Positions 1 through 11,650 of a DNA stretch of 64,000 nt are shown piece after piece (within the stretch, counting starts at the first letter, position 1; each line of letters begins with the position of its first letter). Below the pieces are notes generated by a model. It was given only the letters and a program-made list of their open reading frames with translations. It did no database searches and was not told where the DNA came from. A program made the translations under genes and the position numbers. The stretch is from Candidatus Spyradenecus sp. (GTDB lineage Bacteria > Verrucomicrobiota > Verrucomicrobiia > Opitutales > UBA953): positions 32,001 to 96,000 of the forward strand of contig JAZSKX010000014.1 in the NCBI GenBank assembly GCA_045535075.1, in the 5' to 3' direction.

Positions 1-1538
1 GCTTCGACAAAATTTTCTCGGGCTTCGACAATAACGCCCGGACGTAATCCCGCGCAGAAAATCGTGCGGGATTTTTTTGTTGCCGTTCCCGTCGCATCGG
101 CTTCAAGCCAGATTTCGATTTCGGCGACAGTTACGGCTGCCGGATGCGGGACTTCGGAAATCGTTTTCCACCAACCGACGCGTTCTCGTCGCAAATACCA
201 CGGGAGCGGCCAATATTCCGGTCCGACAAGCGCGACAAAAAAGTTTCTCGGATTTCCGCCGCCCGCGATGAAATTCGCTTTCGATTTTTCAATTGCGGGA
301 ACGATTTTTACGATGTCGTCGTACGGATGTTCGTATCGAAGCCCGCTTTCGCTTTTCCCGAAATCCGGAACCCGACAAAGTGCCCAAAACAGGAAAATCG
401 CGATAATTCCCCGTTTGATCCGGTTTTCATAAATCGTACGTAAGACCCGGGATTCAGCGACAAGCGCCGGCATCAAGGCGATTCCGGGAATAAGCCCCAA
501 AACGCACCACGGTGTTTTGTAAGGAAGTAGTGAATACAAGATGAGTATGGCGAGTGTCGCTGATGCGGTGAAAACGATTTTTGAAAAATCGCTCAGCATG
601 AAACGGCATCCGAATTTGCGTTCTTTGCGTGTGGGAAAAAATGTTCGCAGGAGAAACAGCGCGAGCGGCGTTCCCGCGAAAAAGAGAAGCCAACGCTCAT
701 TTTGAGAAAGGAGCTTCGCATAATAAAAAAACGATTTGCCGTGCGGCGATTCCGAGTTCGTTCCCGTAAAAAAATAATTTTTGAAGGCAACGAAAAAATC
801 CGCCAATCCGCCGGGATTTTGTCCGAATGAACTGTAAAAAAGCGCGGCAATCGTTCCCGCAGCGACGGTGGCGATACCAAGGCGATTGGCAAATTGCTTT
901 GCAGATTCTCCCGGCTCGTGAAAATGCCGCCGCAAGAGGATAATTCCTGCGCCGCCGAGCGCGAATGCCGCCGCCATGAGAAGCCAAGTTTCTTTGCTCG
1001 CAACGGCGATTCCCGCGCAGATTCCTGCGAGCAAGGCGTTTAATAAATTTTTTTTCCTAAAAAACCAAATGCCCGCCGCCGTCCAGGCAAAGACGACTAA
1101 GACTGTTTCCTGAATAAAATAGCCGGAATAAAAAGCGGCAATTTGCGAGGCGGCGAGAAGTGTCCCCGCAAGTGCTACAGGAAGAATTTTCTTCCCGAAA
1201 AAACTCAGCGGAATCAGCACGCAACCGAGCGCTCCGACAATCGCGGGAACGGCGCGCACAAGCGTTTCCGTCAACTCGGCGAAACTGGCGATTCCGAAAA
1301 TTTTGCAAAGCCAAAACGTGAAAAAATAAAGCGTCGGACCGTGAAAATCCTGAGGATTATAGACGAACGTTTTCCCGGCGAGCATTTCTCCGACGCGGTA
1401 AGCCTGAACGGCTTCGTCGCTGTGCATTGCGCGTGTGTCGATTCCCTCAAAACGTAAGTAAATCGAAAATACGAAAATCGCCGCGAGCGTTCCCGCGAAA
1501 ATCAGATTTCGGGTAATCGGCGACGGATTTTTCGGCAT
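1..1538 (-). CDS. TIGR03663/Agl23-like membrane glycosyltransferase (GT-C fold, PMT_2-like); runs off the left edge; not in the ORF track
   Basis: Manual translation from ATG 1538 (TGATG overlap with the rarA stop) stays open to position 1. Family motifs: RAMHSDEA, YNPQDFHGPTLY, FYSGYFIQE, SKET, FYSSFGQNPGG, YSLLPYKTPW, YWPLPWYLR, plus many hydrophobic segments. Confidence 0.85.
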   Translation of the reverse strand, partial: MPKNPSPITRNLIFAGTLAAIFVFSIYLRFEGIDTRAMHSDEAVQAYRVGEMLAGKTFVYNPQDFHGPTLYFFTFWLCKIFGIASFAELTETLVRAVPAIVGALGCVLIPLSFFGKKILPVALAGTLLAASQIAAFYSGYFIQETVLVVFAWTAAGIWFFRKKNLLNALLAGICAGIAVASKETWLLMAAAFALGGAGIILLRRHFHEPGESAKQFANRLGIATVAAGTIAALFYSSFGQNPGGLADFFVAFKNYFFTGTNSESPHGKSFFYYAKLLSQNERWLLFFAGTPLALFLLRTFFPTRKERKFGCRFMLSDFSKIVFTASATLAILILYSLLPYKTPWCVLGLIPGIALMPALVAESRVLRTIYENRIKRGIIAIFLFWALCRVPDFGKSESGLRYEHPYDDIVKIVPAIEKSKANFIAGGGNPRNFFVALVGPEYWPLPWYLRRERVGWWKTISEVPHPAAVTVAEIEIWLEADATGTATKKSRTIFCAGLRPGVIVEARENFVE

Positions 1539-2920
1539 CAGGATTTTTTCTTGCGGGAAGGCTTTGCGTTTTGGCGGCGAATTTTTTCGCGAAGTTCGTT
1601 CCATCGTGCAAGGCGTTCGGCGATGGCGGCTTCCGTTCCGTTTGTTTTCGGCGTGTAGATTTTAAGCGGCGTTTCCAAATAGGTCTGCCCGGAAATGCCT
1701 TCGGGAAATTCGTGCGAATAAAGATAATCCGCGCCGTTCCCGAGCGATTTGTTCAGCTTGTTATGGGCATCGCGCAAATGCGCGGGAACACGTTGGCGAG
1801 GCGTTTCGCGAATCAGGGCGCGCGCGGCGAAAATGGCTTCCGTTGCGCTGTTGCTTTTCGGGCAAGTCGCAAGAAAAAGTGTGGCGTGCGCGAGCGTCAG
1901 CTGTGCTTCCGGCATTCCGATAAAATCGCAAGCCTGTTGCGCGGCCACGGCAACCGTGAGCGCGCGTGAGTCCGCCAATCCGATGTCTTCGCTTGCTAAA
2001 ATTACAAGCCGACGCGCAATAAAACGCGGGTCTTCGCCGCCTTCGAGCATAACGGCGAGCCAATAAACCGCCGCATCCGGGTCGCTCCCGCGAACCGATT
2101 TGATAAACGCCGAAATCGTGTCGTAATGCTCGTCTTCGTTGCGGTCGTAGCGGATTTGGCGTTCCCGTGCGAAGGCGGCGATATCGTCGAGGGTCAGGGC
2201 GGAATTCGGCGCGTGCCCGAGGGCGACGGTTTCGAGCGCGTTTAAGGCGCGGCGCATATCGCCTTCGCTCATGCGTGCGAGCGCGAGCAAGACTTCTTCG
2301 GTTGCGGAAATTTTTAGAGAGCCCAATCCGCGTTCTTCGTCGGCGAGCGCGCGTGCGAGCGACGCGACAACGTGTTTTTCCGCGACGGGTTCGAGCCGGA
2401 AAAGATGCGAGCGCGACAGCAACGGAGGAATGACGTAAAAGCCCGGATTGTGCGTCGTGCAACCGATGATGCGGACGTTGCCGGCTTCGACGTCGGGCAA
2501 AAGCAAATCCTGTTGCGCTTTGTTAAAGCGATGAATTTCGTCGATGAGCAGAAGCGTTCGCTGCGACGGATTCGCGCGCGCCATGCGCAAAATATCGCGC
2601 AGTTCCGCCGTGTTTGAAAGTACGGCGTTGATTCGGACGCAACGGCAATGCGTGACGGCGGCGATGACTTCCGCGAGCGTGGTTTTTCCGCAACCGGGCG
2701 GACCGTAGAAAAGCAGACTGCCGAAATTGTCCGTCGAAATCAGACGCGGCAAAAGTGTTCCCGCGCCGAGAATTTTTTCGTGTCCGAAAATTTCTTCCAG
2801 ATTGCGCGGGCGCATACGTGCCGCCAACGGACGCCGGAAACCGTGTTCCCGCGTTTCTTCGTGCGGCGTGTTTTCTTCAATATTTTCCGCAAAAAGCGAA
2901 TCTGTAAAGTCGTCGGACAT
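1538..2920 (-). CDS. rarA: Replication-associated recombination protein A (RarA/MgsA AAA+ ATPase)
   Basis: PLAARMRP, Walker A GPPGCGKTT, IDEIHRFNKAQQD, HYDTISAFIKSVRGSDPDAA. Confidence 0.95.
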   Translation of the reverse strand: MSDDFTDSLFAENIEENTPHEETREHGFRRPLAARMRPRNLEEIFGHEKILGAGTLLPRLISTDNFGSLLFYGPPGCGKTTLAEVIAAVTHCRCVRINAVLSNTAELRDILRMARANPSQRTLLLIDEIHRFNKAQQDLLLPDVEAGNVRIIGCTTHNPGFYVIPPLLSRSHLFRLEPVAEKHVVASLARALADEERGLGSLKISATEEVLLALARMSEGDMRRALNALETVALGHAPNSALTLDDIAAFARERQIRYDRNEDEHYDTISAFIKSVRGSDPDAAVYWLAVMLEGGEDPRFIARRLVILASEDIGLADSRALTVAVAAQQACDFIGMPEAQLTLAHATLFLATCPKSNSATEAIFAARALIRETPRQRVPAHLRDAHNKLNKSLGNGADYLYSHEFPEGISGQTYLETPLKIYTPKTNGTEAAIAERLARWNELREKIRRQNAKPSRKKKS

Positions 2921-2983
2921 TGAGACGTCAGTCTAAGCCTTAGCGCTTTATTCTTAAAGAAAAATTCCGGTTTGCAGCGGGAG

Positions 2984-3817
2984 TTACTGCGCTGTCGCGT
3001 TTTTACTTTCCTCCTGAATGTTGTTGCAAATTTCGATAAATTCGGCGAGGGGAACAGGAAAAATTTCTTCCCGGTCCAAGTTGAGGTTTTCCGGATTACC
3101 GGTAAAGCGGATACTGTTTTCTACGTTGCTCGGGTAAAACGAAAATTCGGTCGACGGGGGAGAAATTTGTTTTGAGATTGCACTTCCGTTGCGGGCGAAC
3201 ATTTTTACGGATACCGTTTCCTTTTCTTTGACGAGGTAGATGTGCGGAGCAAGCGAAAGTTGCGGATTATGTTTGTCGGGGAAGTTGACAATCAGAAGGA
3301 AAATCGCCGGGAGTACAATCCAGGCAAGCTTTATACCCCATGTTGCGGGAACGGTTTTTCCGTACTTTTGCATTCCCGCGGGATTACTTTTTTTCAGAAG
3401 CAGATAAAGAAAGATAGTGACTGTTACAATTGAAAGATAGGGAATCGGAAAGTCTCCGAAGAGTAGAATCCACCAACCGCTAAGTCCGGCATCGTGAAAA
3501 CGGCGAACCGTATGCGTCCAGAAAAAGAAAGTTATTTGTAGCGCGACTAAAATCTGCAGATTGTACAGGACGATTCCGGTCCAAAACGGAAAACTCGCCT
3601 GAAAGTAAAGCTCTTTGAGCGAATAAGCACCAAAAATTCGGAGGAGAAGCTCGAAGCCGAGTTGATCAAGCAAAAGTCCGACGGCTGTAATCGGAATCAC
3701 GGCAAGCCAGTAATTCTGCCTCGACATGCAACCTGAAAAAGTTCCATGATTTCGATAGGCATCAAGCCAAGCTTTTTTTAATGTTTCCACGATTGCGGCG
3801 GAGTCGGGAGAATTCAA
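2984..3817 (-). CDS. DUF805-family membrane protein with a C-terminal soluble extension
   Basis: FSGCMSRQNYW and TVRRFHDAGLSGWW match DUF805 motifs; TTG start overlaps the upstream stop. Confidence 0.75.
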   Translation of the reverse strand: MNSPDSAAIVETLKKAWLDAYRNHGTFSGCMSRQNYWLAVIPITAVGLLLDQLGFELLLRIFGAYSLKELYFQASFPFWTGIVLYNLQILVALQITFFFWTHTVRRFHDAGLSGWWILLFGDFPIPYLSIVTVTIFLYLLLKKSNPAGMQKYGKTVPATWGIKLAWIVLPAIFLLIVNFPDKHNPQLSLAPHIYLVKEKETVSVKMFARNGSAISKQISPPSTEFSFYPSNVENSIRFTGNPENLNLDREEIFPVPLAEFIEICNNIQEESKNATAQ

Positions 3818-4818
3818 TTCCGGATTGCGGAGAGAACTTGAAACGCGTGCCCCATTTTCCCCGGATGAATAATTTCGATGAGTTTGGCGCGTTCCCGTAT
3901 GGCGCTTTCCGAGTGTTGGCGCTCGCCGGCATCAATGATTTTTTGAATCGCGGGCAGGGCGAATTTCATGAAAAAAGCTTCTTGTCGAAGCGTTCGGACG
4001 CGGGAAAATCCGGCGGCTTCGGCAATCGGTTCGAGGCGATCCCAAAGGACGTGGCAAGTCAAGTCCTGCTCTCCCGGGCGTGCCGTTAGTGCATTGCTCT
4101 GTGAGTGGCGGAAATAAGCGCGTGCCGTTCCCGCAGGAAACGTGTCGAGGCAATCGGCGAGGCGTTTCCCGTAATCGGGAAAAATCATTGCGCCGTGCCA
4201 ATTGCCGGCGAGAATTTTTTGCAAAAGCATTTCGGCGTCGAGCGCAATGTCCAAGTGCCAGTCTTCGTCTATTTGTTGCGGGAGCGCCTCTGAGATGAAT
4301 CGGGCGAGGGCGTCTGTCGAAATTTCGGGTAAGACGGTTTCAAGCCATTCGCCGTCGCGGGAACGGAAGACACCGATTTCCCGCCATTTTCCTTCTTTAA
4401 AAACGAGTCGGTGAAACGGTTGCGCGTCCAGGAGTTCGTTTGCAAAGACAACGGACTTTTCGGGAATTTCAATAGTTTCGCCGAGGCGGAATGTTTTTGT
4501 TTCTGCGAAAACGCCGGCGGCTTCCTCCAAATGGCATTGTCCCGGTTCGGCGCCGATTTCGACGAATGTGCATTCGCGGGAGTCTATGCCGGCTTCCGCC
4601 AAAAGGCTTTGCGCCGAGGCGACGAGGAGTTTCCCGAAAACATCACCCATCGTCGCGGAGGTGTAAAAATCCGTGCCCGCCGCCGTACCGACGCGTTCCC
4701 GTTTGCGTGCGTAGTAACCGTACTTGGGCGCAAAAAGCGCGATTTCGCAAAAATCCCGAAAACTCAAAATTCCGCCGCGTTCCCGCGCCGCAATGTTTAA
4801 TAGCGCATCTATTCCCAT
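3814..4818 (-). CDS. SAM-dependent methyltransferase, MidA/NDUFAF7 family
   Basis: YGYY...DFYTS, VEIGAEPG, ANELLDAQP, DYG, PGEQDLTCHV. Confidence 0.9.
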   Translation of the reverse strand: MGIDALLNIAARERGGILSFRDFCEIALFAPKYGYYARKRERVGTAAGTDFYTSATMGDVFGKLLVASAQSLLAEAGIDSRECTFVEIGAEPGQCHLEEAAGVFAETKTFRLGETIEIPEKSVVFANELLDAQPFHRLVFKEGKWREIGVFRSRDGEWLETVLPEISTDALARFISEALPQQIDEDWHLDIALDAEMLLQKILAGNWHGAMIFPDYGKRLADCLDTFPAGTARAYFRHSQSNALTARPGEQDLTCHVLWDRLEPIAEAAGFSRVRTLRQEAFFMKFALPAIQKIIDAGERQHSESAIRERAKLIEIIHPGKMGHAFQVLSAIRN

Positions 4819-4830
4819 CGGGTTTCCCGT

Positions 4831-6786
4831 TTATTTTTTGGCGCGCACACGGGAACGCTTTTTGCGCGCGGGAACGAGGTAGGATTTGTTTTTAATGAGA
4901 TTTTCGTAGAGCGCAAGCAACGCGATGCCTTCCCGCGGGCGCACTTTATCCGCCTTGGTCGCTCGATCGATTTCGCGTTTGAGCATACGGCAAAGATCGT
5001 CGGCGTTGTATTGAATCATGTTCAGAATTTTATCGACCGAGTAGCCGGAGATGGCTTCTTCGATGTAAAACCCGTCTTCTTCGTCGTCTTCGAGGAAGAC
5101 GTGTGCCTCATCAACGCGTCCGAAAAGATTGTGCAAATCGCCGATGATGTCCTGATAGGCGCCGACGAGGAAGACGCCGAGGTAATAAGGCGCATTCGGC
5201 GTGATCTTGTGCAGATTGAGCGTGTTGCGAATATCTTCGAAATCAACGAATTCGGAAACCTTCCCGTCGCTGTCGCAGGTGATATCGACGAGCGTTGTCG
5301 GCACCGTCGGTTTTTCGGTTAGGCGATGGACGGGAGCGATCGGGAAGAGTTGTCCGATTGCCCAACTGTCGAGCAAAGATTGAAAAACGGAGAAATTGCA
5401 GACGTATTGTTCCGAGAGCATGACGTCCAAATCGAGCAAGTCTTCGGGAACGTTGCCTTCGAGCGAGGGAATTTCCTTGTGAATTTGGCGGCAGATGTGC
5501 CAAAAAAGGCGGTCGGCTTCGGCGCGGTTTTCGAGGTTGAGATAGCCGTGTTGGAAAAGCGAATGCGCTTCTTCCCGTTTTTGTCGCGCATCGTGGAAGC
5601 GTTCAAGCAGTCCGTAATGGCTTCCGCCGTTGAGAATTTCTTCGAGTTCCCGCACGATGGGCGCTTTTTTGCGCGTGACGAGCGGTTGCGCCGTGTCGTC
5701 CGCCGTTACGATGCGCCCGACGGCTTCGGTAATCAAAATCGCGTGCGGTGCAACGATTGCTCTGCCGCTTTCCGAAGTAATTGTCGGGTGGGCAATATCC
5801 GCGTCATCGCAAACCGTCTTGATGTTGGCAACGACGTCGCGCGCGTAAACTTCCATCGAATAATTCATGGAGCTTTCGTAGTTTGAGCGGGAACCGTCGT
5901 AGTCGATCCCGAGCCCGCCGCCGACATCCAGATGTCCCATCGGGAAGCCCATTTTAACCAGCTCGCAGTAAAAGCGTGCCGCTTCCGTAACCGCTTTTTT
6001 GATGGTTAGAATATTCGGTACCTGCGAGCCGATGTGGAAATGCAGGAGGCGGAGCGACGCCGTCATTCTCGCGCGCTTCAGTTTTTTTGCCGCCAGAATA
6101 ATTTCGCCCGGCGTCAGTCCGAATTTCGCATATTCGCCGGTTGATTTTGCCCATTTGCCTTCACCGCTGGTCGTGAGTTTAACACGAAATCCGATTTGCG
6201 GTTCCGCGTTCATTTCCTTGGCGATGCGGATAATTTGATCTACTTCATCGAGTTGCTCGACGACAATAATCGTGCGCTTGCCGAGACGTTGTCCGAGCAA
6301 CGCAAGACGAATGTAATCTTCGTCCTTGTATCCGTTGCAAATCAGCAGGGCTTTTTTGTTCTCAAGCAATGCGAGCGCGATTTGAAGTTCCGGTTTACTT
6401 CCTGCTTCGAGACCGTAATCGTAGTCGTCTCCCGCATCTAAAATTTCTTCAACGACTTCCCGTAACTGGTTTACTTTAATCGGGAAAACTCCCTGGTAGC
6501 GCCCGCGGTAGTTCTCATCTTCAATTGCCGCGCGGAAAGCCCGATTGAGTTGAATCACGCGGGAACGCAAAATGTCCTGGACGCGAATGGTCATCGGCGG
6601 ACGCAACCCCATGCTTTCCGCTTCTTTAATGATGTCCGTGATGCGAATGTGTCGGGCGTCGCCTTGCGGATGAACGTTCAGGAAGCCTTCTTCGTCCACG
6701 GAAAACAGATTCGCACCCCAGCGTTTAAATCCGTAATAATCTTCGGCTTGAGCCGGCGTCCACACAGTCGTCTGATTTTTTTTCAT
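4831..6786 (-). CDS. speA: Biosynthetic arginine decarboxylase
   Basis: FPIKVNQ (PLP lysine), GLEAGSKPEL, LHFHIGSQ, DITCDSDG, GAYQDIIGDLHNLFG. Confidence 0.96.
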   Translation of the reverse strand: MKKNQTTVWTPAQAEDYYGFKRWGANLFSVDEEGFLNVHPQGDARHIRITDIIKEAESMGLRPPMTIRVQDILRSRVIQLNRAFRAAIEDENYRGRYQGVFPIKVNQLREVVEEILDAGDDYDYGLEAGSKPELQIALALLENKKALLICNGYKDEDYIRLALLGQRLGKRTIIVVEQLDEVDQIIRIAKEMNAEPQIGFRVKLTTSGEGKWAKSTGEYAKFGLTPGEIILAAKKLKRARMTASLRLLHFHIGSQVPNILTIKKAVTEAARFYCELVKMGFPMGHLDVGGGLGIDYDGSRSNYESSMNYSMEVYARDVVANIKTVCDDADIAHPTITSESGRAIVAPHAILITEAVGRIVTADDTAQPLVTRKKAPIVRELEEILNGGSHYGLLERFHDARQKREEAHSLFQHGYLNLENRAEADRLFWHICRQIHKEIPSLEGNVPEDLLDLDVMLSEQYVCNFSVFQSLLDSWAIGQLFPIAPVHRLTEKPTVPTTLVDITCDSDGKVSEFVDFEDIRNTLNLHKITPNAPYYLGVFLVGAYQDIIGDLHNLFGRVDEAHVFLEDDEEDGFYIEEAISGYSVDKILNMIQYNADDLCRMLKREIDRATKADKVRPREGIALLALYENLIKNKSYLVPARKKRSRVRAKK

Positions 6787-6898
6787 TTCTCGAAAAAGCA
6801 GTGTAAAGATTCGAACTTCGAAGTTTAGGAATTAACGGGATAAAATTAAAGATTAAAGAGCGACCGGAAGCGAAGCGGGAATTGAAAATGAGCAAGAC

Positions 6899-6945
6899 AA
6901 AAACGCGTTCCCGCGGAGTCAGTCACGGGAACGCGTTTGTTTTTT
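6899..6945 (-). terminator. Intrinsic terminator of ilvE, formed by an inverted pair of the CGGGAAC motif
   Basis: AAACGCGTTCCCGCG-n8-CACGGGAACGCGTTT; the one mismatch is a G-U pair on the - strand, followed by a U tract. Confidence 0.85.
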
Positions 6946-6966
6946 CGGATGATAAAATTCGGGAAA

Positions 6967-7836
6967 TTACGCAATCATCGTGCCGTCGATGCGGACTTTT
7001 TTGCGGAAGAGTTCGAGGATTTTTTCCGTGAGCGGACCGCATTTGCCTGCGCCGATTTTGCGTCCGTCGAGTTCGACGACGGGAACGACTTCTGCCGCCG
7101 ATCCCGTAATAAAAGCTTCGTCCGCATTCCAAATGTCATAGCGCGTCATGTCCGTTTCGACGACGGGAATGCCGAGTTCGCGTGCGCATTCCATCGCCGC
7201 CGAGCGCGTAATGCCGATGAGCAGCCCGGACGCGGGAGCAGGCGTGATGAGCTTTCCTTTGTGAATGATGAAAATGTTGTCGCCGGAGCATTCTGCGACG
7301 TTGCCCTGGTCGTTGAGCAAGAGGCATTCGTCGTAGCCGCAGTTAATCGCTTCGATTTTGGCGAGAATATTGTTCAAATAATTCAGCGATTTGACCATCG
7401 GCGGGAGCGCGGCAACGCTCATGCGGCGCGTCGGCACCGTGATGAGTTTAATGCCGTTGGTGTATACTTCCGGCGGATACAATTTAATGGAATCCGCGAT
7501 GATAATCATCGACGGTTTGGAGCAGTTGCGCGGGCTGAGTCCGAGGTCTCCCACGCCGCGCGTGATGACGGTGCGGATGTAGCCGTTGGCAACGCCGTTG
7601 CGGCGGCAGGCTTCGACGTGTGCCTGCGCGATTTCCTCACGGCTCCACGGCAAATCGAGCGCGATGGCTTTCGCCGAGTATTCGATGCGTTCGAGGTGCG
7701 CGTCGAGTTTGAAAATGCAGTTGTCGTAAACGCGAATGCCTTCAAAAAGCCCGTCGCCGTAGAGCAAACCGTGGTCGAAAACAGAGATTTTAGCGTCTTC
7801 TTTTTTGTAAAATTGTCCGTCGATGTAAACTTCCAT
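6967..7836 (-). CDS. ilvE: Branched-chain amino acid aminotransferase
   Basis: ISVFDHGLLYGDGLFEGIR, VKSLNYLNNILAK, ECSGDNIF; ATG 7836 (MEVYIDG) is preferred over the longer ORF start. Confidence 0.95.
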   Translation of the reverse strand: MEVYIDGQFYKKEDAKISVFDHGLLYGDGLFEGIRVYDNCIFKLDAHLERIEYSAKAIALDLPWSREEIAQAHVEACRRNGVANGYIRTVITRGVGDLGLSPRNCSKPSMIIIADSIKLYPPEVYTNGIKLITVPTRRMSVAALPPMVKSLNYLNNILAKIEAINCGYDECLLLNDQGNVAECSGDNIFIIHKGKLITPAPASGLLIGITRSAAMECARELGIPVVETDMTRYDIWNADEAFITGSAAEVVPVVELDGRKIGAGKCGPLTEKILELFRKKVRIDGTMIA

Positions 7837-7921
7837 AAGTGCGCCTATGGAATCACTCGGCGAGCCGAAACGCAAAGATTTTCTTTCCGGAATTAAAATT
7901 GCGGAAAAATCTGCGGGAACG

Positions 7922-9679
7922 CTATTCTGCGGGAAGAATTGCGTTGATGAAAAGTGTCATGCGTTCCTGAATGCTGCGCGGGTTAGAATCCGTCAGGCAT
8001 TCCCGGGCGAGTTTTTGCATGTCCGAGAGCGCGCAATGCCTTAAAATATAGCGAATTCGCGGAGCCGAATTTGCCGTCATGCTGAGAGAATCCGCGCCGA
8101 AGCCGATGAGGAGCGGCGCGAACGCGGGATCGCCGGCGACTTCTCCGCATACGGCACACGGGATTTTTGCCCGGTGCGCCGTGGCGATGGTTCGCGCAAT
8201 TGCACGAATAACAGCGGGGTGGTAAGAATCGTAAAGATGCGAAATCTTTTCGTTCCCGCGATCCACGGCAAGCATGTATTGCGTGAGATCGTTGGTGCCG
8301 ATACTGAAGAAATCCGCTTCGCGGGCAAGATCTTCGGAGACGGAAACGGCGGCGGGAACTTCAATCATCGTCCCGACGGGAATGTCTTCGTCGAAGGGAA
8401 TTCCGGCGGTGCGCAACTCGTTTTTGGCTTCTTCCAAAACGTCCTTGGCGTTGATTAGCTCGGCAAGAGAACTAATCATCGGAAAAAGAATGCGGACGTT
8501 CCCGCGAACGCTCGTTCGTAGGATTGCACGTAATTGCTCCTTAAATATATCCCGGAATTCGAGGCAAAAACGAATGGCGCGAAATCCCATAAACGGATTT
8601 TCCTCCGCCGGCATCAGCCCGCTCGAAATATGTTTGTCGCCGCCGATATCAAGCGTGCGTATGATGACATTGCTGTGTTTCGGCAGAGCATCGACGACTT
8701 GGCGGTATTCTTCGTATTGAACTTCTTCCGGCGGGAAACGATCCGAACGCAAAAAAACACCTTCGGAGCGGAAAAGCCCGATGTCGTAAATATGCATTTT
8801 CCGCATCGTATCCAAATTTTCCTTACCGGAAATATTGGCTTCAATGTGGAAGAAATGACCGTCCGCAGTCGTATCCGGCTTGGCGCTTTCTTCCGCGATA
8901 AGTGCTTCAAGGCGGGAACGACGCAACGAAATCTGCTCGTAGATATCGAGCGTTTTCTTACTCGGATTGACGTAGACAAGCCCCTTGTCGCCGTCGACAA
9001 GGACTTCGTCGTCTTGCGCAATTCTCAGAGTCGCCTTGCGAAGCCCGACGACGGCGGGAATGCCGAGCGAGCGCGCAATAATTGCGGCGTGCGATGTGTG
9101 GTTTCCCGTATCCGTCAAAATTGCTAAGACGCGGGAACGATCAAACGCAATCGTTTCGGAGGGCGTGAGTTCTTCGGCAACGACAACCCGATTACAAAGG
9201 CGTTCCGAAGTGTTTTCCTGGGCTTTTCCGAGAAGATTTTTCAAAACGCGTTGTAAAACGTCCCGAATATCGGCGACGCGCTCTTTGAGATAGCTGTCGT
9301 CCATCCCGGAAAAAAAATCAATGTAATGTCCGGCAACGGAATTAACGCAATGTTCGGCGTTGAGCTTGGAGGTTTGAATCGCGCGCTTGGTTTCGTCAAT
9401 AACGGCGGGATCGTCCAAAACAAGCAGATGCGCGTCAAAAATCTCGGCATTGGCGGGACCGACTTGCGAGATAACTTCCTCAATGAGCTTGGAAATTTGT
9501 TTGCGGGTCTGAGCGACAGCTTTGTCAAAGCGGAGAATTTCGGCTTCGACGTCGTCAATTTTGTAGCAGGGCAGATCGACTTTTTTTTGAAGGAAAACAA
9601 ACGCCTTCCCGCGCGCAACGCCCGGCGCGCAACCGATGCCTTGAAGCCGATATTCCGTTTTGCCTGCCGTCTCGTTCAT
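7922..9679 (-). CDS. ptsI: Phosphoenolpyruvate-protein phosphotransferase (PTS enzyme I)
   Basis: TSHAAIIARS (phospho-His), RTLDIGGDK, EENPFMGFRAIR, FFSIGTNDLTQY, VCGE; start uncertain (9679 or 9715). Confidence 0.93.
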   Translation of the reverse strand: MNETAGKTEYRLQGIGCAPGVARGKAFVFLQKKVDLPCYKIDDVEAEILRFDKAVAQTRKQISKLIEEVISQVGPANAEIFDAHLLVLDDPAVIDETKRAIQTSKLNAEHCVNSVAGHYIDFFSGMDDSYLKERVADIRDVLQRVLKNLLGKAQENTSERLCNRVVVAEELTPSETIAFDRSRVLAILTDTGNHTSHAAIIARSLGIPAVVGLRKATLRIAQDDEVLVDGDKGLVYVNPSKKTLDIYEQISLRRSRLEALIAEESAKPDTTADGHFFHIEANISGKENLDTMRKMHIYDIGLFRSEGVFLRSDRFPPEEVQYEEYRQVVDALPKHSNVIIRTLDIGGDKHISSGLMPAEENPFMGFRAIRFCLEFRDIFKEQLRAILRTSVRGNVRILFPMISSLAELINAKDVLEEAKNELRTAGIPFDEDIPVGTMIEVPAAVSVSEDLAREADFFSIGTNDLTQYMLAVDRGNEKISHLYDSYHPAVIRAIARTIATAHRAKIPCAVCGEVAGDPAFAPLLIGFGADSLSMTANSAPRIRYILRHCALSDMQKLARECLTDSNPRSIQERMTLFINAILPAE

Positions 9680-9973
9680 GAAAACAACGATAAGAGCCCG
9701 TCTTCCCCGGCGCAAGCGCTATTATAAAACAAAACTTTTCTTTGTCTCTTTCGCTGTCCCGGCAAGCGAAACGCGGGAACGCTTTGAATTTTTTAGTCTT
9801 AAGTAAAGCAATTTTGCGTTACTGATGCTTCGCGAAAAAAACGAGGCGCCTGAAAGGTAGAAATCAGCGAAATCGGAGTTCGAGATTTGGTGAAAAATTT
9901 GTGCGTGTTTTTCAAGTTTTGTGAGAAAAACAAGAAATCCGCTTTCCATTTTTCGGGTATTGGCGTATTTTAA

Positions 9974-11608
<1,635 letters not shown>

Positions 11609-11650
11609 GGGGCTTCGAAATTGTAATTAAAAAACGAATATTTTGTTATC

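Noticed and set aside
64..1457. Short ORFs listed in the first 1.5 kb
   Set aside because: All overlap the true - strand glycosyltransferase frame (1-1538).
7922..9679. PTS enzyme I without neighbouring HPr or EII genes
   Set aside because: Dispersed regulatory PTS genes are common and partners may lie elsewhere in the genome.
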